This document shows, piece after piece, positions 1 to 8,859 of a stretch of DNA of 52,578 bases (position 1 is its first letter; each line of letters starts with the position of its first letter). The notes under the pieces are model-generated. The model was given only the letters and a program-made list of their open reading frames with translations. It ran no database searches and was not told where the DNA came from. The DNA comes from a virus (taxonomy: Duplodnaviria > Caudoviricetes), in the IMG/VR virus record IMGVR_UViG_3300025141_014116, positions 1 through 52,578 of that record. One strand, written 5' to 3'. Position numbers and translations under genes: made by a program.

Positions 1-65
1 TCATTGTTGGTCCGGTAGCCGGTCCCCAACACATTAGTCAGTATCTTTAGCTTCTTCTCTTTCAC
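1..65 (-). CDS. Partial CDS running off the left edge; possibly the N-terminus of a phage DNA primase
   Basis: GTG at 65-63 opens MKEKKLKILTNVLGTGYRTNN(D/E) with no stop to the edge and overlaps the end of the RuvC-like gene. The primase call rests only on recalled resemblance to the 'L..VLG......N' lead-in before the zinc finger of large-phage primases; the CxxC is outside the window. Confidence 0.4.
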   Translation of the reverse strand, partial: MKEKKLKILTNVLGTGYRTNN

Positions 66-573
66 GGATCCAACCTGCCTTTGCTATCACATAGCTATCC
101 GACCGGTCGGTATAACCAGCCTTTGGATTTCCATGTCTAGTGTATTCTACCTCAAAGCTGGGCACATTGTCAACAACAAACTGCAAAGAGACCTTTTTCG
201 CTTTCTGCCCCTTTGGAATCTTAATCCCTACAGCTTTGCGCGCGCTGGTAGCAGCCAGATATTTGGGATCGGTATCAAACAAATCACTACAGATCCATGA
301 TAGTACACCGTTAAATCGCGACAAGAGAGAAAGAGTTTGAGCGGAAGAGAAGCCAGAACGAAAAGATTGCAGTGACTGTTCAATATAAATCTTCTTTATC
401 CATGATTTCGACTCTTTATCGATCGCCACAAGTGCATCGCGGGCTACACGAGCCTTGTCGAAAAAATCTTTATGCTTTCGTAAATCTATATGTCCGATCT
501 TTTCTATTTCTCCATCATCATTCAGGAGAGTATAGCCAGTTATACTGGTTGAGATGTCTAAGCCTAATATCAT
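34..573 (-). CDS. ruvC: RuvC-like Holliday junction resolvase (RNase H fold)
   Basis: N-terminal ILGLDISTSITG (catalytic Asp), IYIEQ (catalytic Glu) and C-terminal DRSDSYVIA (DxxD); 179 aa is typical for the family. Confidence 0.85.
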   Translation of the reverse strand: MILGLDISTSITGYTLLNDDGEIEKIGHIDLRKHKDFFDKARVARDALVAIDKESKSWIKKIYIEQSLQSFRSGFSSAQTLSLLSRFNGVLSWICSDLFDTDPKYLAATSARKAVGIKIPKGQKAKKVSLQFVVDNVPSFEVEYTRHGNPKAGYTDRSDSYVIAKAGWIREREEAKDTD

Positions 574-791
574 TATTTCCTCTTTACGCCAAAATCAATT
601 TTATACCAAGCGCGTTCGTGTAAGTAATATAATATCATTTTTGTCAATACTTCTAAAGACCCGATTGTGAGCCCTATACGGGGGTCGCCTGACACCATCC
701 ATCCCAAGGCCACAGTATCTAACGTTCCAACAACGCGCCAAGTAATAGCCTTAAAGATATGCCGAAGGCGATTAATACGGGGCTTTGTCAT
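573..791 (-). CDS. DUF2061-family small membrane protein
   Basis: RHIFKAITWRVVGTLDT...EVLTKMILYYLHERAW matches the DUF2061 pattern (KAxTWR...YYxHERxW); TAATG stop/start overlap with ruvC. Confidence 0.8.
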   Translation of the reverse strand: MTKPRINRLRHIFKAITWRVVGTLDTVALGWMVSGDPRIGLTIGSLEVLTKMILYYLHERAWYKIDFGVKRK

Positions 792-793
792 TC

Positions 794-991
794 CTATAAT
801 TTTTCATTCATGGCCCATTTAGCTGAATGTGCAAAAACATATCCATGTTCGGGATGGTCGGCGAGTACGGCGTCAGCTCGGCGGAGTGCTGTTTGCAGTG
901 TATCCACTAGGGCGCGCAGGTCCCCTATTTGTTTTTCCATATCCCTATTTTTTTTACGCGCGATTGTGTCGAGTGTTGAATCGGTTGTCAT
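794..991 (-). CDS. Small hypothetical protein, predicted coiled coil
   Basis: 65 aa filling the gap exactly, with a TAATG overlap to the upstream gene; heptad-like IGDLRALVDTLQTALRRAD. Confidence 0.55.
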   Translation of the reverse strand: MTTDSTLDTIARKKNRDMEKQIGDLRALVDTLQTALRRADAVLADHPEHGYVFAHSAKWAMNEKL

Positions 992-2334
992 TAGTAATCT
1001 AATTTCAATTTAAAAGTAAGCTCTCTCTCTTCTAGCTTTTTCACCGGTTTTGCAACCTTAGCAACTCCAATTAAGTTTTTATCAATGTCATACAGGCCGA
1101 TCGTAGTAATATAAGTTATCTTTTGAAATGATCCTGTGGGATCTGCGTACGCCGAACTAACCGTGTTTTTGATGTCTGCATTAAAATTTTGTTTATAAGA
1201 AAGTGAGGAGGTCGTCATTGCTAACGGTGTGGTGTAGTCCCGATATGTTATATTATTTGAATGATTTAATTGATTCTTGGGAGCTGTTATAAAATACATC
1301 TGTGTTGGGATCTTGTTCGACCCGCTATAATTTAATAGACAACTAGAAGAAATAGCGTGAGGCGCAGACGCAGAGATAGTTTGTGCAAAATTAACCCATG
1401 CAGGATAATTGCGATTAGTTCCATAGCTTTCAGTATGAGATCCGCTCGAAAGATCCCAAGAGCCAGTAAGTATAATAAACCCCTCATTATATAAAATTAT
1501 TCCTGCGGTACTTCCCGAGCCGACCGAATTACGGGGCGCTGTTTGAATTAAGTCGCCGTTATAGTTGATATCTTGAAGGCGCCCTACAAGAGTGCCGGTC
1601 ACATAGAACCGAAGATCGGTGCTCCCTTTATTAATACTATCACCATAAAAAATTGAGGGGATCGATACTAGTCCAACGTCAATTGAGCCGGGATCTGAGC
1701 CAGAAGCTCCCAAATTTCTAGCAGAGGAGGAGAAAGCATAATTAGTATTTAAAATTTGATAATAATTTAGTGTGTTTTTAAGTGCATAAAGATATGTAAC
1801 GTTTCCCGTCACTGGGGTGCTTGGTCCCGGCGGAACGCCGTCATCTGATTTAACAAACCTAGCAAAGCTTGCAGAATAATAATATTTTTGAAGTGATGAG
1901 CTAAGCGGCTGATATGAATATAAGACATCTCCAATATTCTTGGCGTTGTACTCCGCGTTCGACACGGATCTAAAATTGATACGCGTGCCATTTTTCACCA
2001 AAAAGGTGGCGTAATGTGGATTGGGGCCCACGTAATACGATGTAGGATCTGTGCCTGCTGCAACTGCTAGAGCAAAAGGATCTAGAGCTTGACCCGTCGT
2101 AGCAGAAGAGCTTGCTAGGGCAAAATCAAGTGTGCCGCTGCGATCAACATCCTGTTCATACAGGCTGATGTGGCCAGGAGGGACCCCTAAGATTCTAGAA
2201 GAAAAGGCCCCACTAATAGGCGCTTGGTTGTTATAGTACGACTCACCAGCATAAAAGACAAACGACGCCCTAGGAAAGGTCCCTACAACATTGATTATTT
2301 TGTCAGTGTTTTTAAGCTTGTAAAGATGCGGCAT
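991..2334 (-). CDS. Virion structural protein with tail-collar-fibre-like C-terminus (paralogue A)
   Basis: C-terminal YITTIGLYDIDKNLIGVAKVAKPVKK...FKLKLDY resembles the 'ElGLyD..G.LiAva' half of the P2 gpH/DUF3751 domain; Ser/Thr/Gly-rich; lies in the tail module. Confidence 0.65.
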   Translation of the reverse strand: MPHLYKLKNTDKIINVVGTFPRASFVFYAGESYYNNQAPISGAFSSRILGVPPGHISLYEQDVDRSGTLDFALASSSATTGQALDPFALAVAAGTDPTSYYVGPNPHYATFLVKNGTRINFRSVSNAEYNAKNIGDVLYSYQPLSSSLQKYYYSASFARFVKSDDGVPPGPSTPVTGNVTYLYALKNTLNYYQILNTNYAFSSSARNLGASGSDPGSIDVGLVSIPSIFYGDSINKGSTDLRFYVTGTLVGRLQDINYNGDLIQTAPRNSVGSGSTAGIILYNEGFIILTGSWDLSSGSHTESYGTNRNYPAWVNFAQTISASAPHAISSSCLLNYSGSNKIPTQMYFITAPKNQLNHSNNITYRDYTTPLAMTTSSLSYKQNFNADIKNTVSSAYADPTGSFQKITYITTIGLYDIDKNLIGVAKVAKPVKKLEERELTFKLKLDY

Positions 2335-2343
2335 TGCATTGGT

Positions 2344-3447
2344 TTAATAGTCTAGTCTAACACGAAACACCACTTCATCAGTCTTATTTTTCTCCACCGG
2401 GGTGCTACAAGCGAAAGTTGCCATGCATACCTTATTGGCATTGTAGAGGCCGCCGCCGGTAATATAGGCCCGGGCCATCGAGGTAGCAGAGGTCTTAACA
2501 CGAATTTGGCTGGCACTCAAATAAGTTGGATTACTTGAATAATTAAATTCATTGAAGTGAGCCCTACAATAATATATTGTTGAATTAATCTGAGTGGTGT
2601 TATTAAAAGAAATATTATACAAACGATTACGCAAAGCCGAACAACATCCTGAAACAGATGCACTTACCAATAACTTGCTTACGGTCTTATAGTTATTGGT
2701 GCCGCCGCCGGCTCCATTGTTGCCAATATAATTATCAGCGCCGGGGGTTGCGGGTACGTTGGATCCGGGGTCGCCCGGTTTTGGGAAGATACTGGCTGTC
2801 AGCACACATAAGCCTGTCTGATAAAAGATAAGACCCACACCAGATCCTGCAATAGCTGCAGAACCGGAGTACAGAATAGCATATTCGCCAACTGGTGAGT
2901 TATCTCTATACTGGCTAAGGGCTCCAAAGTCAGAAATTGTTTTTACCTTAGTGGGCGCTGCAACAGTGTTTCCCGTGAGAACTTGGATTGTAAATGACTG
3001 TTTCTGAATTTCATCCTTCGTCAGCAGTCGGGCGAAGTTAATAAAAAACACGTCTTTCATCTTTGTCCCGGTGGCGTCGCCCTTATTATCAAACTGCTTA
3101 ATATTGCCGCTAATGTCCGGATAAAGGTGAGTCAGGGCCATCTGATTGTAAATATTTAGCTTGTACTCTTCCATGTTTTTGCCGATGGAGCCCGAAAGAG
3201 AGGATTTCGGTGATATCCCCACAGTCAAATCAAAAATATGATTGGCCGACGAACTTAAGTAGGGATAATCATAAACCGACTGAAGCATTTCTTTACCAGG
3301 AACGTAGTCTTTTATGTTGGTGGTAAATACGGAAGCTTCGCTGTATGTACCGGAGGCGATTGTTCCCGTAACGGGTACCGTCTCGTGGAGGAAGTCCTCC
3401 ACCATATTAATATCATTGGGTCCAAGTTGTTTATAAGTGCTGGCCAT
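2344..3447 (-). CDS. Virion structural protein, paralogue B of 991..2334
   Basis: Shares GLIFYQTGLCVLTAS / GIILYNEGFIILTGS, NEFNYSSNPTY / NQLNHSNNITY and YIT..GLY...P..K...F...LDY with the neighbouring gene; AGGAG RBS upstream. Confidence 0.65.
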   Translation of the reverse strand: MASTYKQLGPNDINMVEDFLHETVPVTGTIASGTYSEASVFTTNIKDYVPGKEMLQSVYDYPYLSSSANHIFDLTVGISPKSSLSGSIGKNMEEYKLNIYNQMALTHLYPDISGNIKQFDNKGDATGTKMKDVFFINFARLLTKDEIQKQSFTIQVLTGNTVAAPTKVKTISDFGALSQYRDNSPVGEYAILYSGSAAIAGSGVGLIFYQTGLCVLTASIFPKPGDPGSNVPATPGADNYIGNNGAGGGTNNYKTVSKLLVSASVSGCCSALRNRLYNISFNNTTQINSTIYYCRAHFNEFNYSSNPTYLSASQIRVKTSATSMARAYITGGGLYNANKVCMATFACSTPVEKNKTDEVVFRVRLDY

Positions 3448-3461
3448 TTTCTACTCCTATT

Positions 3462-4430
3462 CTATACAATCGCTTTTACATACCGGACTGGAACATCTAT
3501 CCTATACCCGGTTGTCTGCCCAGAAACACTAATCATACTATCCAGATAATAATAAGACGACATGCTGCCAATATTGTCTCCAGAAGATACTGTGTTTCCT
3601 AGCTTAGTAAATAGCTCGTTATTGCTTCGAAGGTCCATAGAAGCATTCAGTTTAAACTTAATTCTCGCACCAAATGCGCCGGCGACTGCCTTATAGGGAG
3701 GATCCGGCGACAAAGCTGACGACTGGAGAAACTGGGGCGATGACGACACGTACTGACCATCGGTTTGATCCGTAAAGACATAAGTGGCAATATGATTGTC
3801 ATCTGTGAAGGACCACTGTGCTGCGCGTCCTCCGGTGTGGCCTTGACCACTCGTCTCTGCAGAGAATGGTGAACCTAGGCGCGCATCTGCGCGCACTACA
3901 AATTGAGTTTCGCGAAGCTGGGGGTTCATTGTCAAAACTTTAGCATTATCAATTCCTTGATCAAGAACAATCGCTCGCCCATCCTGTTGGCCGGGGGAGT
4001 TACCATCAAGTACACCGGCGGGGAGGCCGTTTGAGGCAGGATTGTCGCTTCCTAAAATCTTTTTAACGGTTGTGGCATCCACGGCTACGACAAAAGCCTT
4101 GTTACCAGTGGAGAGCTTAAACGGAGAAAAGCCCCCGCCGCTATATAAATTAATAACGGGCAGATAAAGCAGGTTGTCGGGAAGACCCTTGAGAAGTTTA
4201 TATTTACACCCCCCCGTGCCAAATGCTTCAGGTATGGGGGTGCGAAAGATCCCTAAACCTTTGTAGGCAGTTATCTGATTTGTCTTAAATAATTCATAAT
4301 TGATAGGATCATCACAAAACGCGAAATAGGTAATCGTGAACTCGCCAGTGCCTGTAGCACAAGCCTTCCGGCCCGCGGGGGTTAACAGGGCATCTACTAT
4401 GATGTCTCCTGAGTTATCTAAAAATGCCAT
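3462..4430 (-). CDS. Virion structural protein with tail-collar-fibre-like N-terminus
   Basis: N-terminal DALLTPAGRKACATG...ITYFAFCDD resembles the 'T.AG...LA.......IT.MAVGDG' start of P2 gpH/DUF3751; AAGGA RBS upstream. Confidence 0.6.
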   Translation of the reverse strand: MAFLDNSGDIIVDALLTPAGRKACATGTGEFTITYFAFCDDPINYELFKTNQITAYKGLGIFRTPIPEAFGTGGCKYKLLKGLPDNLLYLPVINLYSGGGFSPFKLSTGNKAFVVAVDATTVKKILGSDNPASNGLPAGVLDGNSPGQQDGRAIVLDQGIDNAKVLTMNPQLRETQFVVRADARLGSPFSAETSGQGHTGGRAAQWSFTDDNHIATYVFTDQTDGQYVSSSPQFLQSSALSPDPPYKAVAGAFGARIKFKLNASMDLRSNNELFTKLGNTVSSGDNIGSMSSYYYLDSMISVSGQTTGYRIDVPVRYVKAIV

Positions 4431-4451
4431 AATATATCTTCCTTGCTTTAA

Positions 4452-4459
4452 TAAATAGT
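4452..4459 (-). promoter_or_regulatory. Candidate late-promoter motif ACTATTTA
   Basis: In the 38-bp gap upstream of 3462..4430; the similar ACTAATTA lies in the gap at 27917-27924. The motif is short and also occurs inside CDSs. Confidence 0.3.
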
Positions 4460-4468
4460 TTTATCAAA

Positions 4469-7400
4469 CTAATTCTCCTCTGGTAATTTTGGGTTTAGCA
4501 TGGGCTGCAATTTAAACCTCAAATTCAGGTCGACCTTTCTTCCAGTGTCTTTGCTGGTTATCCTAACCTTAAACTTTTCTGTAGATGAGTTCCAGAATCC
4601 ATTCGCCGGGTCGCCCACGTAACAATCCGGGAGTTCATCTAAGAGGCCGGCCGTTGTTGCTGCCGGGTTCGTATGAGTAACTAGTGTGTGGTCTAGCGCG
4701 GCGCCGATTTCCAAGTACTTTCGGAACGATTTTTCTGGTTTTCCGAGGGGAGGGGGTACCATCGGGAAGGGCTCCGATATAAAATACATCCGGCCGTTCT
4801 CATCAATCAACTCTACTTTCATAACAGGAGTCGGATTAGATGGAAAACCACCCTTGTCGAGTACTCGGAAACAATAATAGTAAGCCCTGTTTGGCTCAAT
4901 CTCATCTACGATCGCAATGTTGGTCGACCGGAAGCCAGTGGTTGTTCTCCCTTCCAAAGCATATCTCTTGTAATCACCAAAATCTACATAACTAGAAGGG
5001 ACCCTTGTTGTTCGGAATACTTCAAAAGTGAGTCTTGCATCGTCTGTCCCATATTCTAACATACCGTCGGTCCGCTCTTGTACGGTAGCCAACTGGTCGA
5101 ACTTCGACTGGTCGGTGGCCTCAATAAGAACTGGCGGGGCCTCGAAATGATTGCTGTTTTGATTCAAAAGAATCTTCACCTTATTGTTAACCCCATAGGT
5201 GGGGAAGAAGTTAAAATCAGGTGGGGCGGGGGGCAAGTCATGAACTAGTTTGGTAGGGCTTGTCCAGTATGGCACTTCTATTAATTTTAAAGACAGCTTG
5301 TTAACCATGTGTACTGTGGCTGTGCCGGCGTCGTCCAGGTCCCAAGGCACTTGTGGGTTATATCCATGTGGGCCGTCCAAGAACTTCAGGCTCGTGACTT
5401 GCGGTATGCCGGGAGTAACGGGGGCATACTGTAGCCCAAAAAATACATTAAACGCCATGGCGGCTCCATTCGACACGACCGCGGTCGACGCGTTATAGTT
5501 AGGAAAAATGCTTGTCAAATAATTCGGGTTAAGAATATTTAGCAAATACAACGCATGCGCTTTCTGGCTCTTTGTAAGTTTGGACATCATACTCCTTTCA
5601 CCAAGAAGGAAACGACCTTCGCCGCGGACGGCGACGTTAAAGCTAGGATCACCCGAAAGTAGAGAGGGAGGGGCGCCGGGCAAGATTGTCACGTCGTCGC
5701 CCGAACTTATAAAACGCGCGATCATAAAAGGATTGAGACACCCAGCATTAAGGCCGCTGCATATGCTCCTTATACTAACGTAACGAGACCAACTTTCTCC
5801 CTCGTTGGGTGGGAAAGGGCGCGTCAAATTCGTACTTTGAAACACGCGCTGTCGAAGGACTTCGTCAGAGCACTCTAAATCTAGGACAAAGGGGTAGCCC
5901 GCAGTATAATCGGGATATGTCATCGGGGACATCATCCCGGGTTCGCCCAAATCAACTGCAACATCGCTGCTTTGAACGAAACCCACTATCGATTGGAGGG
6001 TACCTTCGGCAAGATTTGGCGAAGCTTGAAAATATTCCAGAATGTTTCCGGGCGAAGGCTCTGCGTCGCCATGATACGCCTGATTCAGGCCGGCTACAAT
6101 GCCATAGTGTTTAAGGGCGGCCCGGGCTTCGGTCTTAGTTGGTATAGGGGAAGTGTTCACCAGACCGCCTCCGAGGAGGTAGTTCTCGGTCGAGTAATCA
6201 GTCAAATTCACATTCATGAGGCTGCTGTAGTCGATGCTGGCGTCGTACGCCGTCGAGGAGGGGTCTGGTCCGGCCCACAGTGAGCCCATTTCAAGTATCG
6301 CTTCTCCAATTCGAGAAGGATAAGGCTGGATGTCCAGGGCCGGGTAGACTTGAGGATTATAATAGTTATACTCATTTCCAAAAACTAGTTTATATGCACT
6401 CACCTCATAAAAATACGAGCGTCCATATTCTACCTGACTATCAAAATATTCAAATGTCTGGCTATTTGCCGGGATATAAATATGTTGTATTGGGGTTTTG
6501 GATGCCTCATGATCTCGGCCACCGCCGGGGACTTGCTCATATTTTGTGATCTTATACGCAATTGTATCACTATAGGCCGGCTGCCCTGTCAAGAGTTGCT
6601 CAATCGTCCGGGTTGCTCCATCTTGGAGACGAGGAGGAGTCGCAGGATGGCCATTCTCCCCGTACTGAAACGAAGACTGGTCCGATGAATTAAACTTGGC
6701 TACTTCTAACAGCGTAGATAAAAAGTCTAGGTAGGTTCCTTCAAAGAGGCCTAGAAAACCGTCGCCGAAAAGAACATTTCCATTGTAGGGAGGGTCCGTG
6801 GGAAGCTGAGTGAAGTCGCGACCGATCATTAGGCCATAACCTCCAGCAATACCGCCGAGGCCCGAATCTCCGGGGGTACTGGGCGTTTGACCTATGAACC
6901 CATTAGTTCCTAGATTTAGACCATAGTGTAATCCCCCGCCTGTCCCGGCATCCGTTGAATTTTGGGTCACCTTGCCTATACCCTGCAAGAGGATGTTTCT
7001 TACATCTATGCACTTTGTAGTGGAGTACTGGCGCTGCCAATAGTCATCCCCAGCTATTTCATAATTATCGTTACCATTAAATACGGGAGCCTCGCCTCCT
7101 AGAATCGGCTTGTTGATATGTTCTCCCGCATCTGTCGTCATGCCGTGTTGCGTGGTCCACGAAGTCATAGACATGGTATGATAAAGTTGAGCTTTATAGG
7201 GAGGTGATGAACCAGCGGCGAGGGCGCCGGCGGTCCCTCCGTGGAGCCCAACCACACCAGTGTGCCATTCGGTGTCGTTGATCTCTGCGGCGATATTTGC
7301 TTTCATTATTTCGAACAGAAAATAATCATAAAACGCTTCACGCATAGTTGTTTCGCGGCCGGTGCCGGGCGTCGCGGCGCTGGGGCCGGCGACGTCGGAG

Positions 7401-8857
7401 TACTCCTGGGCTACTTCACTAGTCGGCAAATCACTGATAGTGAGGGCTAGCCCGTAAGGCATAATATGAGTCTGACTATTCATAGCGTTCATGGTGTTCT
7501 TTGCCGCAACAGATAACCCAACGTGTTTCATAATAATTTTAATACGATCTCGCTCAGCTAGCCCGAGCGCGGAGTTGGGGCCCAATACATACTCAGAAAA
7601 TAAATTAATATAATTTTCTGGGCTCTGCGGGGCGCCGGCGACCTTCTCGGCATATATTATAGTTCGGCCGGTGGACGGTTCTTCCAGAGGTATGGCATCG
7701 AAATATCCGAATATGTTCCTCATCGTTGCTGCTGATGCTTCTGAGGAATAAAGACCGTACGGGATGCTCGGGGCAGGAGAATATATATAGTTACCTAGGG
7801 TTTCGGTTTCTAAGATACTACATAGCCCATAATAATTGGGTAACAAGAGTGGAGAATCATACATGGTTGACCCTAAACCCGGGTACTCCATCCTAGAATT
7901 ATAATAATTATAGTGACAAGACACCTGGACAGTCCCCTCTTTCGGAAAGATCCCCTCTGTAGCAAATGCGTGATCCCAAAATGCCTTTTGGGCAGATGTC
8001 ATTGATGAGGCCATAAATCCGCCAAAAACAATAGGCCCGAGAAGTCCGGGCATGCCAGAATTAGCCTGGGGTATTCCTGCTAGGCGCGGGTCTGCTGATC
8101 CCAGCACATATGTCTTCCACGTGTTATACATAGGATGATCAAATAACTCCCCAAACGTCGGCTCCACATTACTATTTGCAGCAATTTGATCCCATTGGTT
8201 AGCATTACCAGTTAAATATATCTCGCCTATCTGGCGGCCCGGGGGTAAACGGAAGGTTGGGGCCGCGATATTCTGCCCCGGCAACAGTAAATTTTCATAT
8301 GTTCCGTCCTCTCCGGGAATTGGTGCATTTAGGGGCCGGGGGCCACGATCAAATTCCCAATCTTCATTTGCCGGAAAGCCGCCGGCGGTGGCTTCATAGA
8401 GCTGGCCCGGCATATCGCTGGAGCAAAATACCATCCAATGAGGGGGATTGGCTGCGGCATATCCCCCGGGGTAAACAGAATCGAGTTCTTCGGTCAAGGG
8501 CGCGGTTTCGATTTTGTAAATCGAAGCGCCGGCGAAAAGATCGGTCGGAGGAACGGCGCCGGGGTTGTCGACAATTTGATGGGGCTCCTCATTAAGGTAT
8601 AAGTAAGAATAGTTGCCCAGAGTAGCGCGGCTGGTGCCATCTTTAAAGCTGTAGTAACGCCCGAGGGAGCGACGAAAATAATCTATAGTATCCATATCGC
8701 GCTCACTACTTGGGTTATACGTTTTTCCCGGTGCAGTGACGGCAGGATGGGCGCGTTCTTCCGAGGCGGGCCCGACGCGATATCCTTTTCTGCGATAATA
8801 CTTAGACGGGAGGCCAGCTTGGTATCGCCTATCTACATATTGTATTTTATACCCCAT
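4469..8857 (-). CDS. Large putative virion protein (1462 aa) with FN3/Ig-like segments
   Basis: Long uninterrupted ORF in the structural operon; FEYFDSQVEYGRSYFYEVSAY and IVDEIEPNRAYYYCFRVLD...SNP resemble fibronectin type III signatures. Confidence 0.55.
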   Translation of the reverse strand: MGYKIQYVDRRYQAGLPSKYYRRKGYRVGPASEERAHPAVTAPGKTYNPSSERDMDTIDYFRRSLGRYYSFKDGTSRATLGNYSYLYLNEEPHQIVDNPGAVPPTDLFAGASIYKIETAPLTEELDSVYPGGYAAANPPHWMVFCSSDMPGQLYEATAGGFPANEDWEFDRGPRPLNAPIPGEDGTYENLLLPGQNIAAPTFRLPPGRQIGEIYLTGNANQWDQIAANSNVEPTFGELFDHPMYNTWKTYVLGSADPRLAGIPQANSGMPGLLGPIVFGGFMASSMTSAQKAFWDHAFATEGIFPKEGTVQVSCHYNYYNSRMEYPGLGSTMYDSPLLLPNYYGLCSILETETLGNYIYSPAPSIPYGLYSSEASAATMRNIFGYFDAIPLEEPSTGRTIIYAEKVAGAPQSPENYINLFSEYVLGPNSALGLAERDRIKIIMKHVGLSVAAKNTMNAMNSQTHIMPYGLALTISDLPTSEVAQEYSDVAGPSAATPGTGRETTMREAFYDYFLFEIMKANIAAEINDTEWHTGVVGLHGGTAGALAAGSSPPYKAQLYHTMSMTSWTTQHGMTTDAGEHINKPILGGEAPVFNGNDNYEIAGDDYWQRQYSTTKCIDVRNILLQGIGKVTQNSTDAGTGGGLHYGLNLGTNGFIGQTPSTPGDSGLGGIAGGYGLMIGRDFTQLPTDPPYNGNVLFGDGFLGLFEGTYLDFLSTLLEVAKFNSSDQSSFQYGENGHPATPPRLQDGATRTIEQLLTGQPAYSDTIAYKITKYEQVPGGGRDHEASKTPIQHIYIPANSQTFEYFDSQVEYGRSYFYEVSAYKLVFGNEYNYYNPQVYPALDIQPYPSRIGEAILEMGSLWAGPDPSSTAYDASIDYSSLMNVNLTDYSTENYLLGGGLVNTSPIPTKTEARAALKHYGIVAGLNQAYHGDAEPSPGNILEYFQASPNLAEGTLQSIVGFVQSSDVAVDLGEPGMMSPMTYPDYTAGYPFVLDLECSDEVLRQRVFQSTNLTRPFPPNEGESWSRYVSIRSICSGLNAGCLNPFMIARFISSGDDVTILPGAPPSLLSGDPSFNVAVRGEGRFLLGERSMMSKLTKSQKAHALYLLNILNPNYLTSIFPNYNASTAVVSNGAAMAFNVFFGLQYAPVTPGIPQVTSLKFLDGPHGYNPQVPWDLDDAGTATVHMVNKLSLKLIEVPYWTSPTKLVHDLPPAPPDFNFFPTYGVNNKVKILLNQNSNHFEAPPVLIEATDQSKFDQLATVQERTDGMLEYGTDDARLTFEVFRTTRVPSSYVDFGDYKRYALEGRTTTGFRSTNIAIVDEIEPNRAYYYCFRVLDKGGFPSNPTPVMKVELIDENGRMYFISEPFPMVPPPLGKPEKSFRKYLEIGAALDHTLVTHTNPAATTAGLLDELPDCYVGDPANGFWNSSTEKFKVRITSKDTGRKVDLNLRFKLQPMLNPKLPEEN

Positions 8858-8859
8858 CT

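Noticed and set aside
5-32. Imperfect inverted repeat (tgttgg..ccgg..ccgg..ccaaca) just after the ruvC stop, resembling a terminator
   Set aside because: No U-tract on the minus strand, and it lies in an open frame that probably begins the next gene.
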